From: Lama glama
Taxonomy: Eukaryota
Length of the DNA: 64,000 nucleotides
Assembly: GCA_028534125.1 (NCBI GenBank)
Contig: CM052817.1
Coordinates: 53,508,001-53,572,000, forward strand
Direction of reading: 5' to 3'
Below, piece by piece: positions 36,086 to 49,809 of the stretch (positions are counted from its first letter, which is position 1; every line of letters starts with the position of its first letter). Under the pieces are notes generated by a model. That model ran no database searches. It was not told the DNA's origin and saw only the letters and a program-made list of their open reading frames with translations. The translations under genes were made by a program, and so were the position numbers.

Positions 36086-39074
36086 AATGTGCAGGTGAAT
36101 ATGATTAAGAGAAAACAGTCTATGACTAAAAGTACAAGAAAAAACTAGAAGGCAATAAAATAATAAAAGTAAAATTAAAGAGAAGATCAAAACCTAAAGC
36201 AAATGGGAGTATGTTATAACAGTATTGAAATAGTTGAGTGCGAATTAATACTTTGAGTTTTTCCTTTCTTACTTCTTTACCCTCTGTCCAAACAAACTGA
36301 AAAAATAAAAAGGCTAATGGCTTTTTTATTATAATCCATCTTTCACTAATTCTAATAAAAATTGAACTAATCTGTATTTAGGTTTAATAGACAAATAATT
36401 TCTAGATTGCATTAACTATTAGATTGATAAGAAATAAAGGATAAATTTTTAGGACTATTTGTGCCCAAGACCAGGATCCTATCACTCTCCCATATGCTTA
36501 CATAATAGCCACTTTAAGTGGCTGTGACTTGTATTTTTCACCCAACTATAATTTTTTTTAATACTTAGTCTGTCGTGTATTTAACCTAAAGTATTAGATG
36601 TATACTATGGTAACACAAAAAGTCAGATTGTCAAATCTCACTCCCATGAATTAGAGATCTGACCCAGTAATATAGCTTTACTAATAGTTTTGATGTAAAG
36701 AATAATCTTAAGGCACAGGCCACCAAGGAGAGCCCCAGGATAATGTATACAACTATATACCATACACAGTAGAACTGTCTGGCCATAAAACATCTGCACT
36801 TTCTATTCAGATGGCTACATAGCTTACAGGACATTTTCCTTCCAGAGAACTTCCCCGTAAATTAAAAACTCTGGGTTTTGGGGGTTTTTTGGGGGAGGGG
36901 GTTGTTTGCTTGTTTTACCATAACCTGTTATAGTCAACCCGGTCCAACCTGCTAGAAGTATCCTGTGGAGATGAACTATCCCATTAGCAAGTATCATTGG
37001 TTTGTTTGTCAAAAGTTTTGTCATTCACATACTTAAAAGGTTAGACTGGGTCAACTTCTTTCTTTCCCAGGGAAAGTTTCCCTTAAAAGGAGAGAGTTGA
37101 TTGCAGATTTACTGCTTATCCATTTGCAAGTCAGATTTTTAGATGGATTTCATAAAAGACCCCTTTGCAAAAACACAGATATGCAAACATCAACAACTCC
37201 GGACTAGATATACACACTAAGTGATTTGAGACATAGAGAACAGAGAGTTATTCATGCTACCCAAATTGGTTAGTAGGCCTCCTTTTTAATTATTAGTGCC
37301 TTAAAATACATGGACTTCCTAATTTATAAATTTGCATCATCTTTTACCGTACTGGGGTCATAACTAAGACCAAAGAGCTAGAGTACATTAACTAACAGTC
37401 TTGTGCACCAGAATGCAATTTCAGAATTTATACAAGTTTATAATTGACTAAAGTATTTCTACCTTCTCCTCTTTGGCACAGGACTAGAGAACTATGCTCA
37501 ACAATACAAACTTTTGTGCCTGACTAAAATAATCATTAAATGTGGCTAAGTTTAGTCAGACAAAAGCATATTAACCTTAATTAATGTAGTTAATGTGGTA
37601 AATGTAGTAAGTTGTTAAAATAATGAGGCACTTGATAGTCACTTTTTAGAATATTGTCTTTACTACAGATATACATCTATTTTATCACACTAGTAAGATT
37701 TTGTTTGTTTTCTTTGATATATCTCTAATATGATAGTAAGAAAACATCTGGCAGTAGAATTGTTCACAATGTTGTTAAAAGTTAGTAAAAAGAAATCGAT
37801 ATTTGAACAATTTTCGAAGTCCAGATGTCAAAACCCAATGAAAACTTTAAAAACTGTAATCTCATTAACATGCCTCTGGCAGAGCCAATGCACCCTCAAC
37901 TACTGTCCACCAAAAGTATATAAATCACTAACTGCCAGATAAAAGGACCGTATTCCTAAAAAGCATTCTGTGAGTATTATTAATATGTTTTAAGCTCTGT
38001 TTGTTCTTATTCTTCTTAGAGGGCTTAGTATATCTGTCTTCAAAACCATGTTTTCCAAAGCATTGCTCATCTTAACTCAAATTTGGATTAAAGTGGACAA
38101 TTTTGAATTCAATTAACTCTTGTTTATCCTAATAATCTTTCTTGTATTTCACACAGATTTGAATTGTTACATGACTTTTTACTAATTTGACATATTAAAT
38201 TTAAATATAAGCTAATGATTACTATGTCAATTAGTAAAATATATGTAGGCTTTAAAAAATGGGCTGAATCATCTTAATTTATACATAATCTATTAAGTAA
38301 AAACTGCTATTCTAATAAACAATAATGTAACAAATTAAGACATAAAATTTGATTGGTCCTTTGAAATTTAACTTAATTGGTGATTGCTAATCTAATTAGC
38401 AAATGCAATAAACTTAGTGAAGTGTTTCATTTGGGAAAAAAGAAAAATGTAATAATGCCAACAGTAGGAAAAATTAGTAAATTTAAATTGTACTCACTTC
38501 ACCATTTAAGACTTGATCTTACAAACAGGAAGCTCTCTCTAAGAGATAATTTAACCTATGGTGACTTCAGATCTGTCTTGTATCTCATAAACTCTCCTGG
38601 GGATCAACATTTTGTTATTTAAAGAACATGCCAGATATATATATCTGTGTTTGACAGTAGCAATAACAGTTCAAGTTTATTAATTAAAGAGAGAGAGATA
38701 ATATTGGAGAGAAGCCATTCCCTGATTGGGAATAGCTGCTGGAAAACTTTCTAGAAAATTCTTTATATAGGTCTTAAAAATCCTGGCACCACCATTCTCA
38801 TGAAACATATGGCATTACTAGTCTGTACCTATTATGTTAAACAAAATAAAACAGCTATGTGTGCTCTTTCCAAGTGATACATTGCATGTCTGCAACAAAG
38901 AGGGAAAGAAAAATGCAGTGTCTACAAATTCTTTTTTAAAGGCTTCTTTATTTAAACACCAAGCTCGATCATTGCTCTTTGACCTAGAAACTAACCCCAA
39001 TTTGTCAGAGAGTAAATTATCTGATTCTCAATGGTCACATAAGTGAGAAGATAGTTTCTGTAGCAGCAAAACAT

Positions 39075-40352
39075 TTAGTCATTCACGCGCTAAGTTATTT
39101 ACTGACTACCTAATACCAACAGACAGTGGTAAAGTTGCTTGGGATGCAAAACCAAACAAGACAGACAAGGTCCCTGCCTTCAGTGACCTTACATGGTGGT
39201 AGGAAAGGAAAACAATAAACAGATAATCAATTGAGGTATAACTGGATGTCAAACAGGTGACTAGAATATAAAAACAAATAGGTAGATATATGTATGACTG
39301 AACTATTATGCTTTACATCAGAAATTGGCACAACACTGTAAACTAAATATACTTCAATTTTTTAAAAAATGAGAAAAAAATGGGAGACAAATAGAAAAAT
39401 AAAGCAGTGGAAGGACTGCTACTTCAGGAAGGGTGTCATGATAAGCCTATTTATAGAGCAGAAACCTTAGGGATGTGAGGGAGAAAACTGTATGAATTTC
39501 TAGGAAGAACTTTCCAAAGAAAGTAAGTATCAGATGTAAAGGTGCTATGGATGGAACAGTGAGGAGATCAGTGTGCCTATAACAGAGCAAGGCAGAGGGA
39601 GACTGGTAGATGTTAAGGTTAGAAAAGTAGATCTGAGTGAACCACTTAGGTTGTTGTAAATCTTACTCAGGATTTGCATGCTTTTTTCTAGGTGTGATAG
39701 GGAAACAGAGGAGGGTTTGGAGCAGGGGAATTATGATTTATTTTTTTAAGGGATCATCTGACTGTTGTAAGAAGAGACTGTTGAGGCTAGGGTCTAGACT
39801 ATAAACAGTCATCTTGTTTGGAGTCTATTGTAGTAATCAAAGTAAGAGAGTTTGGTGATTTTGCTCCAGAGTGGTAGCTTTGGAGGGGATTAGAAGTGGT
39901 AAAATTTTGGAATACATTTTGAAATAGAGCTAACAAATCTTGCTGCTTCGAAGGATTCAAGATTGAAAGCAAAGATAGTAAGATTTGCTTATTTGCATGA
40001 TGAATTGTGAAAGAAAGAAATGAAGGATTTCTCCAGGTTCTTAGTCTGAGCAACAGAGAGAATGGATTATTTACTAAAATATGGAAGACCTGGGGAGGAT
40101 AAATTCTTTTTTGAGGTGTCTGGGTGGAGATTATCAAGAGTTGATTTTGCACATGTTAATTTTGATTTGCCTCTCAGTTGAGCAAGATAGTATGTTGAGT
40201 AGAGAGTGAGATCTATTAGCCAAAAAGTCATAGAGAAAAATGAAAGTTGAAGAAATATATTTAATATGATCTACCTTTGAGCATAAGATAATGTCTGAGC
40301 CATGGGACTGAATGGATTACCTTAGCAGTGCACACAAATAACAAAGAGAGGG
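39075..40352 (-). mobile_element. L2 (L2a-like), ~1.2 kb
   Basis: AACAAGACAGACAAGGTCCCTGCCTTCA, GAGGGTTTGGAGCAGGGGA, CTATTGTAGTAATCAAAGTAAGAG, CTCCAGGTTCTTAGTCTGAGCAAC, AGCCATGGGACTGAATGGATTACC. Confidence 0.9.
39282..39386 (+). mobile_element. 5'-truncated lineage-specific L1 3' tail inserted in L2
   Basis: ATATATGTATGACTGAACTATTATGCTTTACATCAGAAATTGGCACAACACTGTAAACTAAATATACTTCAAT plus A-rich tail; TSD ACAAATAG at 39274-39281 and 39387-39394. Confidence 0.8.
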
Positions 40353-40669
40353 GTGTTTGTGTTCTGTCTGATAGTGTATATATTCAGAAATATCTCTTGT
40401 GGTTGATACCCACTAAGATTGCACATGGAAAATAAAGTTTTCCAAGTGATTCAACGTCCTCATACAAATTACATTCTCAAAGTGATATCATCTCTTCTAT
40501 AATGTGGTGTGTGTGTTTAATCCTATTTGGATAACGTATTGGATAATATGCAACAAGTATATACTTCTTGTTACTTGTCCCTGGTATGCATTTTCTCAGA
40601 CATTTGCATTTTTCATCTCTTTGAAAAAGTATTTCCCATTGTTCTTTAAGTTATGGTGTAATAATTGGA

Positions 40670-43600
40670 ATCAGACTTGCCCTCCTGAGGTAAAGAACTA
40701 AAAAGCTAAATAAAATTCATGAGTCAACTGTTTTCAAGCATGGGGTAAAAGGCAGTACAGTAAGGTAATCTTTGAAGGAAGAAAAACATATAAGGTAAAC
40801 CCTACATTTGCATCAGCTTTCTGCCTAGGGGTGTGTCCCACACCACAGTGCAGAGAGATGGAGTCTAAGCACAGCATGGGATTCTCATTAAGCTAAGAAG
40901 TTGGACAGCAGAAGAGGATAGAATTTGCAGGGTATGGTATCAGAGAGAAGGGAGATACATTGAGGGTGTGGTAGGCAGAACCCTAAAATGACGCCATGAT
41001 CCCTGTCTCTTGGTATAAATGTTTTCATAGACATTAGGATTGTGAATATAATATATTTTACTCACAAGATCAGGTTGTTACATAGCACATTTAACTTTGA
41101 AAAAGAAAGATTACCTGGGATGAACCTGACCTGGTTAGGCGAGTTCCTCAGTTTTCTCTAGCTGGCCACAGAGGAAGCAAAGAGATCGTCCTTCTAGCTG
41201 AAAAGAAAAGCCACTGCCATGTTGTAAAATGTCTTTTGTGGGTACCTGGTAAGGAATATAAGCAGCTTCTAGGAGTTGAGTGGTCCCTGGCTGATGGTCA
41301 ACAAGGAAGCAGGGACCTCAGTCCTACAGTTGCAAAAAACTAAATTCTTCCAATGATCTCATTATTAGAAGAAGACATCAAAAATCTGTGTGGAGATTTA
41401 CTGTAAGTCTTTGGACAGGTGCTTATCAACAGAATAAGATTCTGCGAGCACTAAGAACACTAAGTAAGAGACTAAGTAAGAAATGATCTAAGATACCAGA
41501 GGTCATGCAGTGCTGTGAAGTACTGAAGTTCTGGCCCAGCCAGAGAACTCCCTGAGTACCTAGTGAAACCCCGGGATGGTCACACATCAAGAATGATAAA
41601 TGCTTTCTACGCTAATGGGCATGCTTTAGGGTAAAAATGAAATCATTCACAAAAAATAAAGTCATTTCTGATGATACCAAAAGATCCTCCTATAAACAAC
41701 TGCCTACTAGAACAAGTTTAATACCCTTAGGAGAAGACAAAATAAGCAAAATTCCCTATAACACAGCACTGACAATATGTAGCCTATAACAAATCACTAA
41801 AGAGCAGAAAAGAATGAAAATATAACATATGAATGGGGGATGGTGGCAGGAAGCAGCCAAGAGAAACATGCCAGAAGACCCAGATATTAGACCTGATAGA
41901 CAGGATCTTGAACAGCAATTATCATTATTTGTAAAAAAAAATTAAAGGAAAAGAAGAATATATGAATAAACATAATTTAAGCAAAAACATGGAAAAAGTA
42001 AAAAAAAGAACCTAGAGGAAATATCAAAGATGGAAAGTGCATTATCTAAGATGAAAAACTGCACTGGATGGATTTAGCAGCATATTGAAAACAATAAGAG
42101 AAATGGTCAGTTAACATGAAGTCAGAGCCATAGAATTATTCTAAAGGAGAGAAAAAAAGAGATTGGGAAAAAAAAAATAACAGGTCCTAAGTGATTTGTT
42201 GGATAATCTCAAGTGATCTAACCATATATATAGTTTGCATCTCTAAAAAGAGGGATACAAAATTAGATAAAAAATACTTGAAGTACTTGTCAAAAAATTT
42301 CAAAATTTGTGTAGAAATTCTAAACTACAGATCCTAAAATCTAAGCATGATAAAAAGAAAACCACACCTAGGTGTATCATAGGCAAATTGCCAAAGACGT
42401 ATGATAAAGCAGACAGAAAAAAAAACAGCCAAAGGAGAAACACATTATATACAAAATATGACTGACTCCTTTTCAAAGATAATGGAAAAACTGCTTTTAA
42501 GTGTGTCAATGCAGGATTCTATACCCAATACAAATGAAAACATTTTGAGATAAACAAAAACTGAAAAAAATACATTGCCAAAAGGCCTTAAATGAACATA
42601 AATGCTAAAGAAATTTTATCAAATGAAACTAAAAAATACAGGAAATATAAATATACAGACAAATATGAAAATTGTTTTCCTCTTTTAAGACTGGTTAATG
42701 GAAAAAAAAGATAACAGTATCTTATATGGTAATACTGCACACAGAAGTGAAATTTATGATAAAAGTAACAAAAAAAGGTTGAAAGGCATAAATGGAATTA
42801 TACTTTTATGAGGTTCTTACATTTCACATAAAGTGGTACAATGTTAACTAAAAGCAGACTTTAGTATGTTAAAGATGCACATTGTAATAACTACAACAAC
42901 TACTAGAAAAAAGAAAGAGTTACAATTATAAAGGCTTTAAACGAGTTAAAACGGAATCCAGAAAAGGGGGGGGGAGTGGTTAATTTGAAATAATGAACAC
43001 AGAAAAAAAGGAAGGAAGAAACAACAAAAATTACATTTTAAAAGATGGAACAAATGGAAAATAAACACTATGGTGATATATCAAAATCCCAATCATAGGA
43101 ATAATTGTATTAAATATAAATCTATTAAACACTACTATTTTGAGAGGTTGTCAGATTGGATTAAAAGGAAAGAAGACCCTACTATATTCTGTTGTCAATA
43201 AATGCATTTGAAGTATGAGATGAAGTGTAGAAAGAAAAAAGTATGACAAAAAAAATACCACCCATTTTGTTTAGCTACATTAATATCAAAACACACTTGA
43301 AGACAGGAAATATTTTCAGAGATAAATAAGTATATTTCAGACTATAAAAGGTAACTATCATCTGAAAAAATAACCTTTTAAATATACAGACCTAAAAAAT
43401 AGAGCTTCAGAATACTTGAAGGAAAAGCTCACAGTGCTAATGAGAGAGCGAAAAATTTTAAATCTTTATTGGAAGCATTTTCATTTTCTAATAATTGGTA
43501 GATCAACTAGACAAAAAAATTCAGTAAGGATATAGAAGATCTGAATTATCAACCAACATGAGTTAACTAATATTTATAGAACACTTCAGCCCGAAACTAC

Positions 43601-45027
43601 AGGATACACATTCACACACTTTCTATCTGCACATGTAACATTCACCAAGACAAACAATATACTGAGCTATGTAAAAGGTCTCAATAAATTTCAAAAGACT
43701 GAAAATGTCCATAGTGTTTTGTGACCATAACTAAAACATATTCAAAATCAGTTAACAGTCAAACATCTTAAAAACCCATATTTTGAAAGTAAACAACACT
43801 GCTAAATAAGGCATGGGTCATATGAGCAAATTTTTTTCAAACGGAATGATTGTGAAAACACAACTAAATACAGTGCAGTTTAAAAAGTACCACCTGTGGA
43901 TTTACAGCTTTAAAATGCTTCTATCAGAACCGTAACTTAAATAATATCAATAGGCTAAGCTTCTCATTTAAAAATCTACATTAATAGAAGAAAATTAAAC
44001 CCAAACTAAGTGGAATAATGAAATAATAAGAACAGAAATCAATGATGCAGAAAAACAAGGAGAAAATAAAAAAAGAATGAAAAGCTCAGAGAAATGGGAA
44101 AAATTAATGATAACAAAAACACCTAATGTATACATACTCAATGCTGAAAATGCATGTATCTCACAAAGGATTTATATCCAGAATGTATAAAGAATGTTTA
44201 TAAATACATAATGAAACAACCCTAAAAGGCTTAAAAAATTGACAAAGAACTTGATCAGATACTTCAAGAGAAAAATATAATGTGTGTTAATAAGTATATG
44301 AGGTTTAAAAATCATTTGCCTTAAGGAAAATGAAAATTGAAACCATGATGAGATATCACTTTACACCCACAAGAATGGCTTAAATTCAAAAGACTGATAA
44401 CAATGAATGTTGGAGAGGATTTGGAGAAACAAGAGCTCTGATACATTGCTATCCCCAGTGGGAATGTAAAATGATACAACTACTTTGGAAAATAGTTTGA
44501 TAGTTTCTTATAAATTTAAATATAATTCAAATTCTAAGCATTCACCCAAAAACATGGAAAACATATGTCTACAAAAAGAATTATATAAGAATGTCATAAC
44601 AGCTTAATTCATAAGAGCCCCTACTTGGAAACAACCCTACTTGGAAAATTCCCATCAAAATGAGACTGGACAAACAAATTCTGAAATATACATCAATGGA
44701 TTACTATTCAGCAATGAAAAAAGAATGAAATGTTAATATGCAACTTGCATAAATCTCAGTAACATTAGGCTGATCAATGGAAGAAAACAAGAGTATGACT
44801 TCATTTGTATGAAATTCAACAGGAGGCAAAACTAATCTATGCTGATGAAAATCAGATCATCTTTGCCTTTATGGGTGAAGAGTGACTGCAGAGACACAGG
44901 TGGAAATATTTTGAGGTGATCGTAATACTCAATATCTTTACTGAGATATTAGTTACACAGGTTTTATGTTTGCCAAACTCAAAGCACAAGTTTCACCCTG
45001 TGTAACTTCACCTCAACTTAAAAAAAT
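40670..45027 (+). mobile_element. Old near-full-span L1 (L1ME1/2-like 3' end) with a large internal ORF2 deletion
   Basis: L1M-type 5' region (CAGACTTGCCCTCCTG...), ORF1 remnants (41860-42620), endonuclease remnant (ATAATTGTATTAAATATAAAT..., 43100-43800), jump near 44100-44150 to the C-terminal region, and 3' UTR GGCAAAACTAATCTATGCTGATG...TGTAACTTCACCTCAACTTAAAAAAA. Confidence 0.85.
40967..41378 (+). mobile_element. MaLR LTR (MLT1E/G-like), 3'-truncated, within the L1 5' region
   Basis: TGTGGTAGGCAGAACCCTAAAATGAC...CTGCCATGTTGTAAAATG...GCAGCTTCTAGGAGTTGAG...GGGACCTCAGTCCTACAGTTGCAA. Confidence 0.8.
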
Positions 45028-45078
45028 ACTACATATTATAAATATATTTTATGTGTATATATAGTATTTAAAATAGTC

Positions 45079-45292
45079 ACTCTCCCCAACACATATATAC
45101 TTACTTTACTTTTTTTTCATAACAACTTACTGTTACTTGACATAATGCTATATATCCATTTATTCGCTTACAGTCTGGCTACCCCATCAGAATATAAATT
45201 CCGTAAGAGAATGAATTTTGTCTTGTTCAACATTCAATCCACAATACTTAGAACATTGCTTAAAATGAAGTAAGTGCTAACACATATGAATT
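45079..45292 (+). mobile_element. L2 3' end
   Basis: CAGAATATAAATTCCGTAAGAGAATGAATTTTGTCTTGTTCA...CTTAGAACATTGCTTAAAATGAAGTAAGTGCT. Confidence 0.75.
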
Positions 45293-46082
45293 GCCTCATA
45301 GCACTCAATGTGCAGGTACTGACATTTTCTTTTGCCAAAACAAATATGGTCTACATACCAGACCTCCACTTACTAGTCATTGTGAGTTTTTTTTCTTTCC
45401 AGTGATCCAGAACTCAGTGGTTTCATAGCCCAGAAAATAATTATCAGAGGCAGCCTCCATTCATTAATCTCTCCTAGTATCTGTTGATGCTATTCATTGT
45501 CCACATGGTATATTCACAGGCAACTAGTCTTAGGAAGAGAATATGCTCTCTTCCAGTCCCCTCTTTCCAAACTGGTCAAAACCTTGTTTCTACAGGCACA
45601 GTGGTTAGTCCACCATTCTTCTTACTAGCACTCCACAGCCTTCCCTGTCTGAAGAAAAATTTTCCTTTATGAACAAATATAAACTCAAATATGATTGATC
45701 TCTTCTCCAGGGCTCAAAAATTATGTAGTCATTTTTTCTTTTATTTATTCTTCAGCCCTTTAAGAGTGATGCATCAAATAGAAATAGCTACATGCTCCAT
45801 CAAGTCATCAGGAAGGAGAGGCATCCATGTAAAGAACAAAAGCTTCTCAATCCTAGCACAGAAAAAGTGGAAGAGGGCATGAAGAGAGAAACAAGGAATA
45901 CTGGACTTGCGAGACGTGTTAATGTATGCCTATGCACCATTTAACTCCTGTTCAGCCCCAGGCCTGAAATGGTGGCACTATCCCAGGAAAAGCTGAGCAA
46001 ACTTTAGCAAAAACAGAATTTAAGATTTTCTCTTTTTTTAATCAACTTGATAGCAATAGCAGTCAGAATTATTATTTAATTT

Positions 46083-46185
46083 GTATATATGTTTACATAT
46101 GTATATATCAGGCCTAATTTAACGTACACACATTTACACACATATACATATATACATTTACACATACATATATATATATGTAGAT
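46083..46185. repeat. (TA/CA)-rich low-complexity repeat
   Basis: ACACACATTTACACACATATACATATATACATTTACACATACATATATATATATG. Confidence 0.75.
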
Positions 46186-46774
46186 ATCAGTCATAGTTAC
46201 TACAAAACAATGCAGTGGTCCCCCAACCCCTAAGGATACTTAATCTGATTCTTATAAAGAAAAAAAAATAATTTAATACATCTTAAGATCTTCCTACATT
46301 AAATTTTCTATGACCTTGGGTTACACCAAAATTTGTCACTGAACATATTTTTCCATATTTATGTAACCAAAGCTATACTATAGAACCTAATTTAGTAAAG
46401 AAACATTTTTAAATAAAAAAAAGAAAATCTAGACCCAACTTACTCATATATGGCACATTTGGATGTTCAGTCATGTTTTTTATTAAATCCAGACATTGGG
46501 AAACATTGGCAATGTATTATTCAGAAGTCCTGACATCATCTGGGAAAAGCTTGGGCCAAAAATGAAAAGATTATATGAGATTTAAGAACATCTAAGAATT
46601 AAAAGACTATTCCAAGTATTGGGTTCTTTTAAAAATCCTGGAATGAGCATACTATTACACACTGAAGTGACAGCTTTTAATTTTCAAAATACAAGAGAAT
46701 CTTATGTTTAATGACTTTTTTTTTACATTTACTTAACACCAAAATTTTTATTAATTTAGTTTAAAAAAAAAAAG

Positions 46775-48530
46775 CTTCTCTACTCTCCTCCATCCTCTGA
46801 CAAGCCTTCTTCATTTGTCACTCTCAATGGATGACCCTTTCTACAATTTCACAAAGAAACTAGAAATTACCAGATCTGAACAATTCTTAACCTCTTACCT
46901 GTATTTGTAGCTGTTCTTTGTTAACCTTTGTCTTTTTATAACGGAGTAAGTCTGCAACCCCTCCAGCTGTATCCTAATCTCATTCCACTAAGAAATAATT
47001 TACTCATCATTTCTCCTATATTATTAACCTCTTCTGTCTATTACCTCCTTTATATTCACCTTAAAAAAATCATATGATCACATTTCCTCACCGGGTTACT
47101 GTCTTCTATCCCCTGCCCATTGTTAAAAGTTGAAGTGTAAGGTTTGGTTGGAATTACATAGTATTCAGAACAAGGGACCCAGGATTGCTTAAATCCTAAT
47201 CTATTAACTCTCTGCAGCAAGGTCTCAACAGAAAGTATATCACTTTATTAAAAGTAGGCAAGAATTTGATAGCCTACTTAACTCACATGCTCCAAATTAG
47301 TTTGAAGAATTAGCTTTATCTCTAAAGACCTATGTGAGGCCATGTTCTTCTTCTCTGCTCAATAAGAAAAAGCAGAACTGGAGAATGGGCACTGTACTTA
47401 TACCCATTTTCAGTGGTCAGAATATAGAGAACAAATACAGACTCAGCATGATTTGTCCTAGTATTTAGATCCTACCTAGGATTGACAGTAGAAAAACAAG
47501 CCTCTGTACAGAAATGCTAAACTTTAAAACACAGCAGATCATCCCCCACTCCAATAAAATGTAACTCAATTAGTGCCCTGGGCTCTAACCAATCATATGA
47601 ACAACGCTTCTTTACTTGGAGGTGGAGAGGGGGAAAATAGGAAAGACATGCATAGAGGCAGAATAAGGAAAGAGAGGTTCAAATGACCAAGTTAACTTCT
47701 TTCTTGTCTACATTTCTTCTCCTTCTATGACTCTTCAATTCTTGCCAGAAATTTCTCACTGTATCTCTTGAGACCTTCATGCCAATTCATCTAATGGTCA
47801 TCTTTCAGGCCACATCTCATTTGACCCTCCCACCAAATGCCCAGTGTTATCTGACATGATTTACCACTAACTAATGCTTTGAACACTTCCTTTCCTTAGC
47901 TTCAATAACAAAAGATTTTCTTATTTTTTCTCCTATCTTACTGGCTCTTCACCCTCAAAGACATTTAACAACTCTATCAGTAATTAATATTCTTTAATTT
48001 AGAGGTATAATCATCCCCTAAAACTTGCTCCTATTCCAGTTTTCCCATTTCGCTATATGTCAAACAAGTTCTTCAATTAGAACCTGGTCATTGCCCTTGA
48101 TTCCTCCCTCTCTAACATTTCTTATTTATATCCTCTAACTAAGTCTTGTTAATGTACTTTGACATATTACTTAAATGTCTCCATTTTTTTCCATTACCAT
48201 TACTTCTTGTGGAGAGAAGGCTGATTTCTTACCTAAAATGTATTCCTTTCAGTTTGCCATGAATCCACTCTTGATCGTATCTAATCCATCCTTACTACCA
48301 TCGACTGAACTTCCTAAAAGGCAGGTCTAATTTTGTCACTCTCTTCAATAAATTTTTATCATCTTCTGGATCAAGTTCAAGAACTAACAAAGCTCTACAT
48401 GCTCTAGATGTTATTTACTCTACTGTTCCATCTCACAGAATTTTCCTTTTGTTTATTATGGGCCAGTCGCAATGCTTACTCAATGAATGCTGATACACTA
48501 TCTAGATCAGGGCAATATTTATCAATTATT
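46775..48530 (+). mobile_element. L2 RT-region fragments, interrupted at ~47136-47690
   Basis: CTCTCAATGGATGACCCTTT...TTCACAAAGAAACTAGAA; TCTAATGGTCATCTTTCAG...TTTGACC...TTTGAACACTTCCTTTCCTTAGCTTC...TTCTCCTATCTTACTGGC (L2 RT region); CTAAGTCTTGTTAATGTAC. Confidence 0.65.
47136..47690 (-). mobile_element. Possible old MaLR LTR inserted in L2
   Basis: Begins TGTAAGGTTTGG...ATTCAGAACAAGGGACCCAGGATTGCTTAAA and interrupts the collinear L2. Family uncertain. Confidence 0.35.
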
Positions 48531-48566
48531 TATTATTCTATCAGGGACTCCAGTGTTTGTAAGCCT

Positions 48567-48944
48567 TGTATTAGTTTGTTAGAGCTGTCATAACAAAATA
48601 ACCAGCTTAGGTAGCTTAAAGGAAAGAAATTTATTATCTCATAAATCTGAAGTCTGAGATCAAGATAACAGCATATTTAGTTCTCCTGAGGTCTTTTTCC
48701 TTGCCCTATAGATGGCCTTCTCCTTCTGAGAAGATGTGATCTTCTTCTGGTGTCAGTCCCTGTGTCCAAATTTCCTCTTCTTAAAAGATCAGTCATATTG
48801 GATTCGGGTCCACCCTAAAGACTTCATTTTAATTGAATCACCTTTTTTAAAGACTTAATCTCCAAATATGGTTACATTCTAAGGTACTAGGGGTTAGGAC
48901 TTCAAAATATTAATTTGGAGGGGCATGCAATTTAACCCACAATA
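48567..48944 (-). mobile_element. MaLR solo LTR (MLT1B-like)
   Basis: TGTATTAGTTTGTTAGAGCTGTCATAACAAAATA...AAATTTCCTCTTCTTAAAAG...ATCTCCAAATATGGTTACATTCTAAGGTACTAGGGGTTAGGACTTCAA...CAATTTAACCCACAATA. Confidence 0.9.
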
Positions 48945-49809
48945 AACTTGGCCATAACACTTTTCAAAATTCAACTTTTGCACTCTTGATTATGAAGATT
49001 TGGGTTCCTCCCATCAAGAAAGGTAGCCCTAATCTAGGATATTTCACTGCTTCCAATGTGTCACAATTTTCTTCTCAGTTTATACATTCACTGTTAAAAA
49101 TACAGACATTGGATGAAAAATTGCTCATCTGCTAGAAAATAATTTATTAAAAAATATGTATATGGAGGGAAAATGTTATCTTTTATGTCTGTCTGAATTA
49201 CTGAGCTTTGGAAGGTTTTTATTTGCCAAAATTCTATAATCTAAATTTTATTAATGGATATATTTTCTTATTGATATTTTACTTGCTCCCTCTGGAACTA
49301 TTTTAAAATTGTTTTAAATAAAGTAAAATGTAGACAATCTGTTCTTCTGATTTACCATTTGTAGCAGTACTTTAGAGTATATGTCAAAGGTATTTTTTTA
49401 ATGAATACATAGACTGTAGTTAATAGGCAATGGCATTTTAAAATGTTACCCATGTCAATACAAAGGAGACTGTTTGGACCATTTAAAGGTGATAACTCCT
49501 GGAAGAACTGTAATTGATACATCGTGGTCAAACATTTCCTTCTTGATGTTGGAAATCTTTTTTGCTTAGGACAGTTGCTGAGCTTTAAAAATGTGTCATG
49601 TATTGAACACCCAACAACTTCTTGCTACATTTTTGTCTTTCTCAAAATCTTAATGTCCAGAAGACCATTCTATGCCAGTTAGCTTCTTTTCAAATATTTG
49701 CTAAACTAAATATTCCCTATGGTGCCATCTTTTTTTTTTTTTATTTGGGTCATTACATTTTTCAACCCATTTCTTTCCTGGATCCTGCTACATACAAGGT
49801 AAGGGAGAA

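Noticed and set aside
44619..44647. Short tandem duplications (CCCTACTTGGAAA x2; also CTCTGAAATCTGA x2 at 14521-14548)
   Set aside because: Real but commonplace slippage duplications with no evident function.
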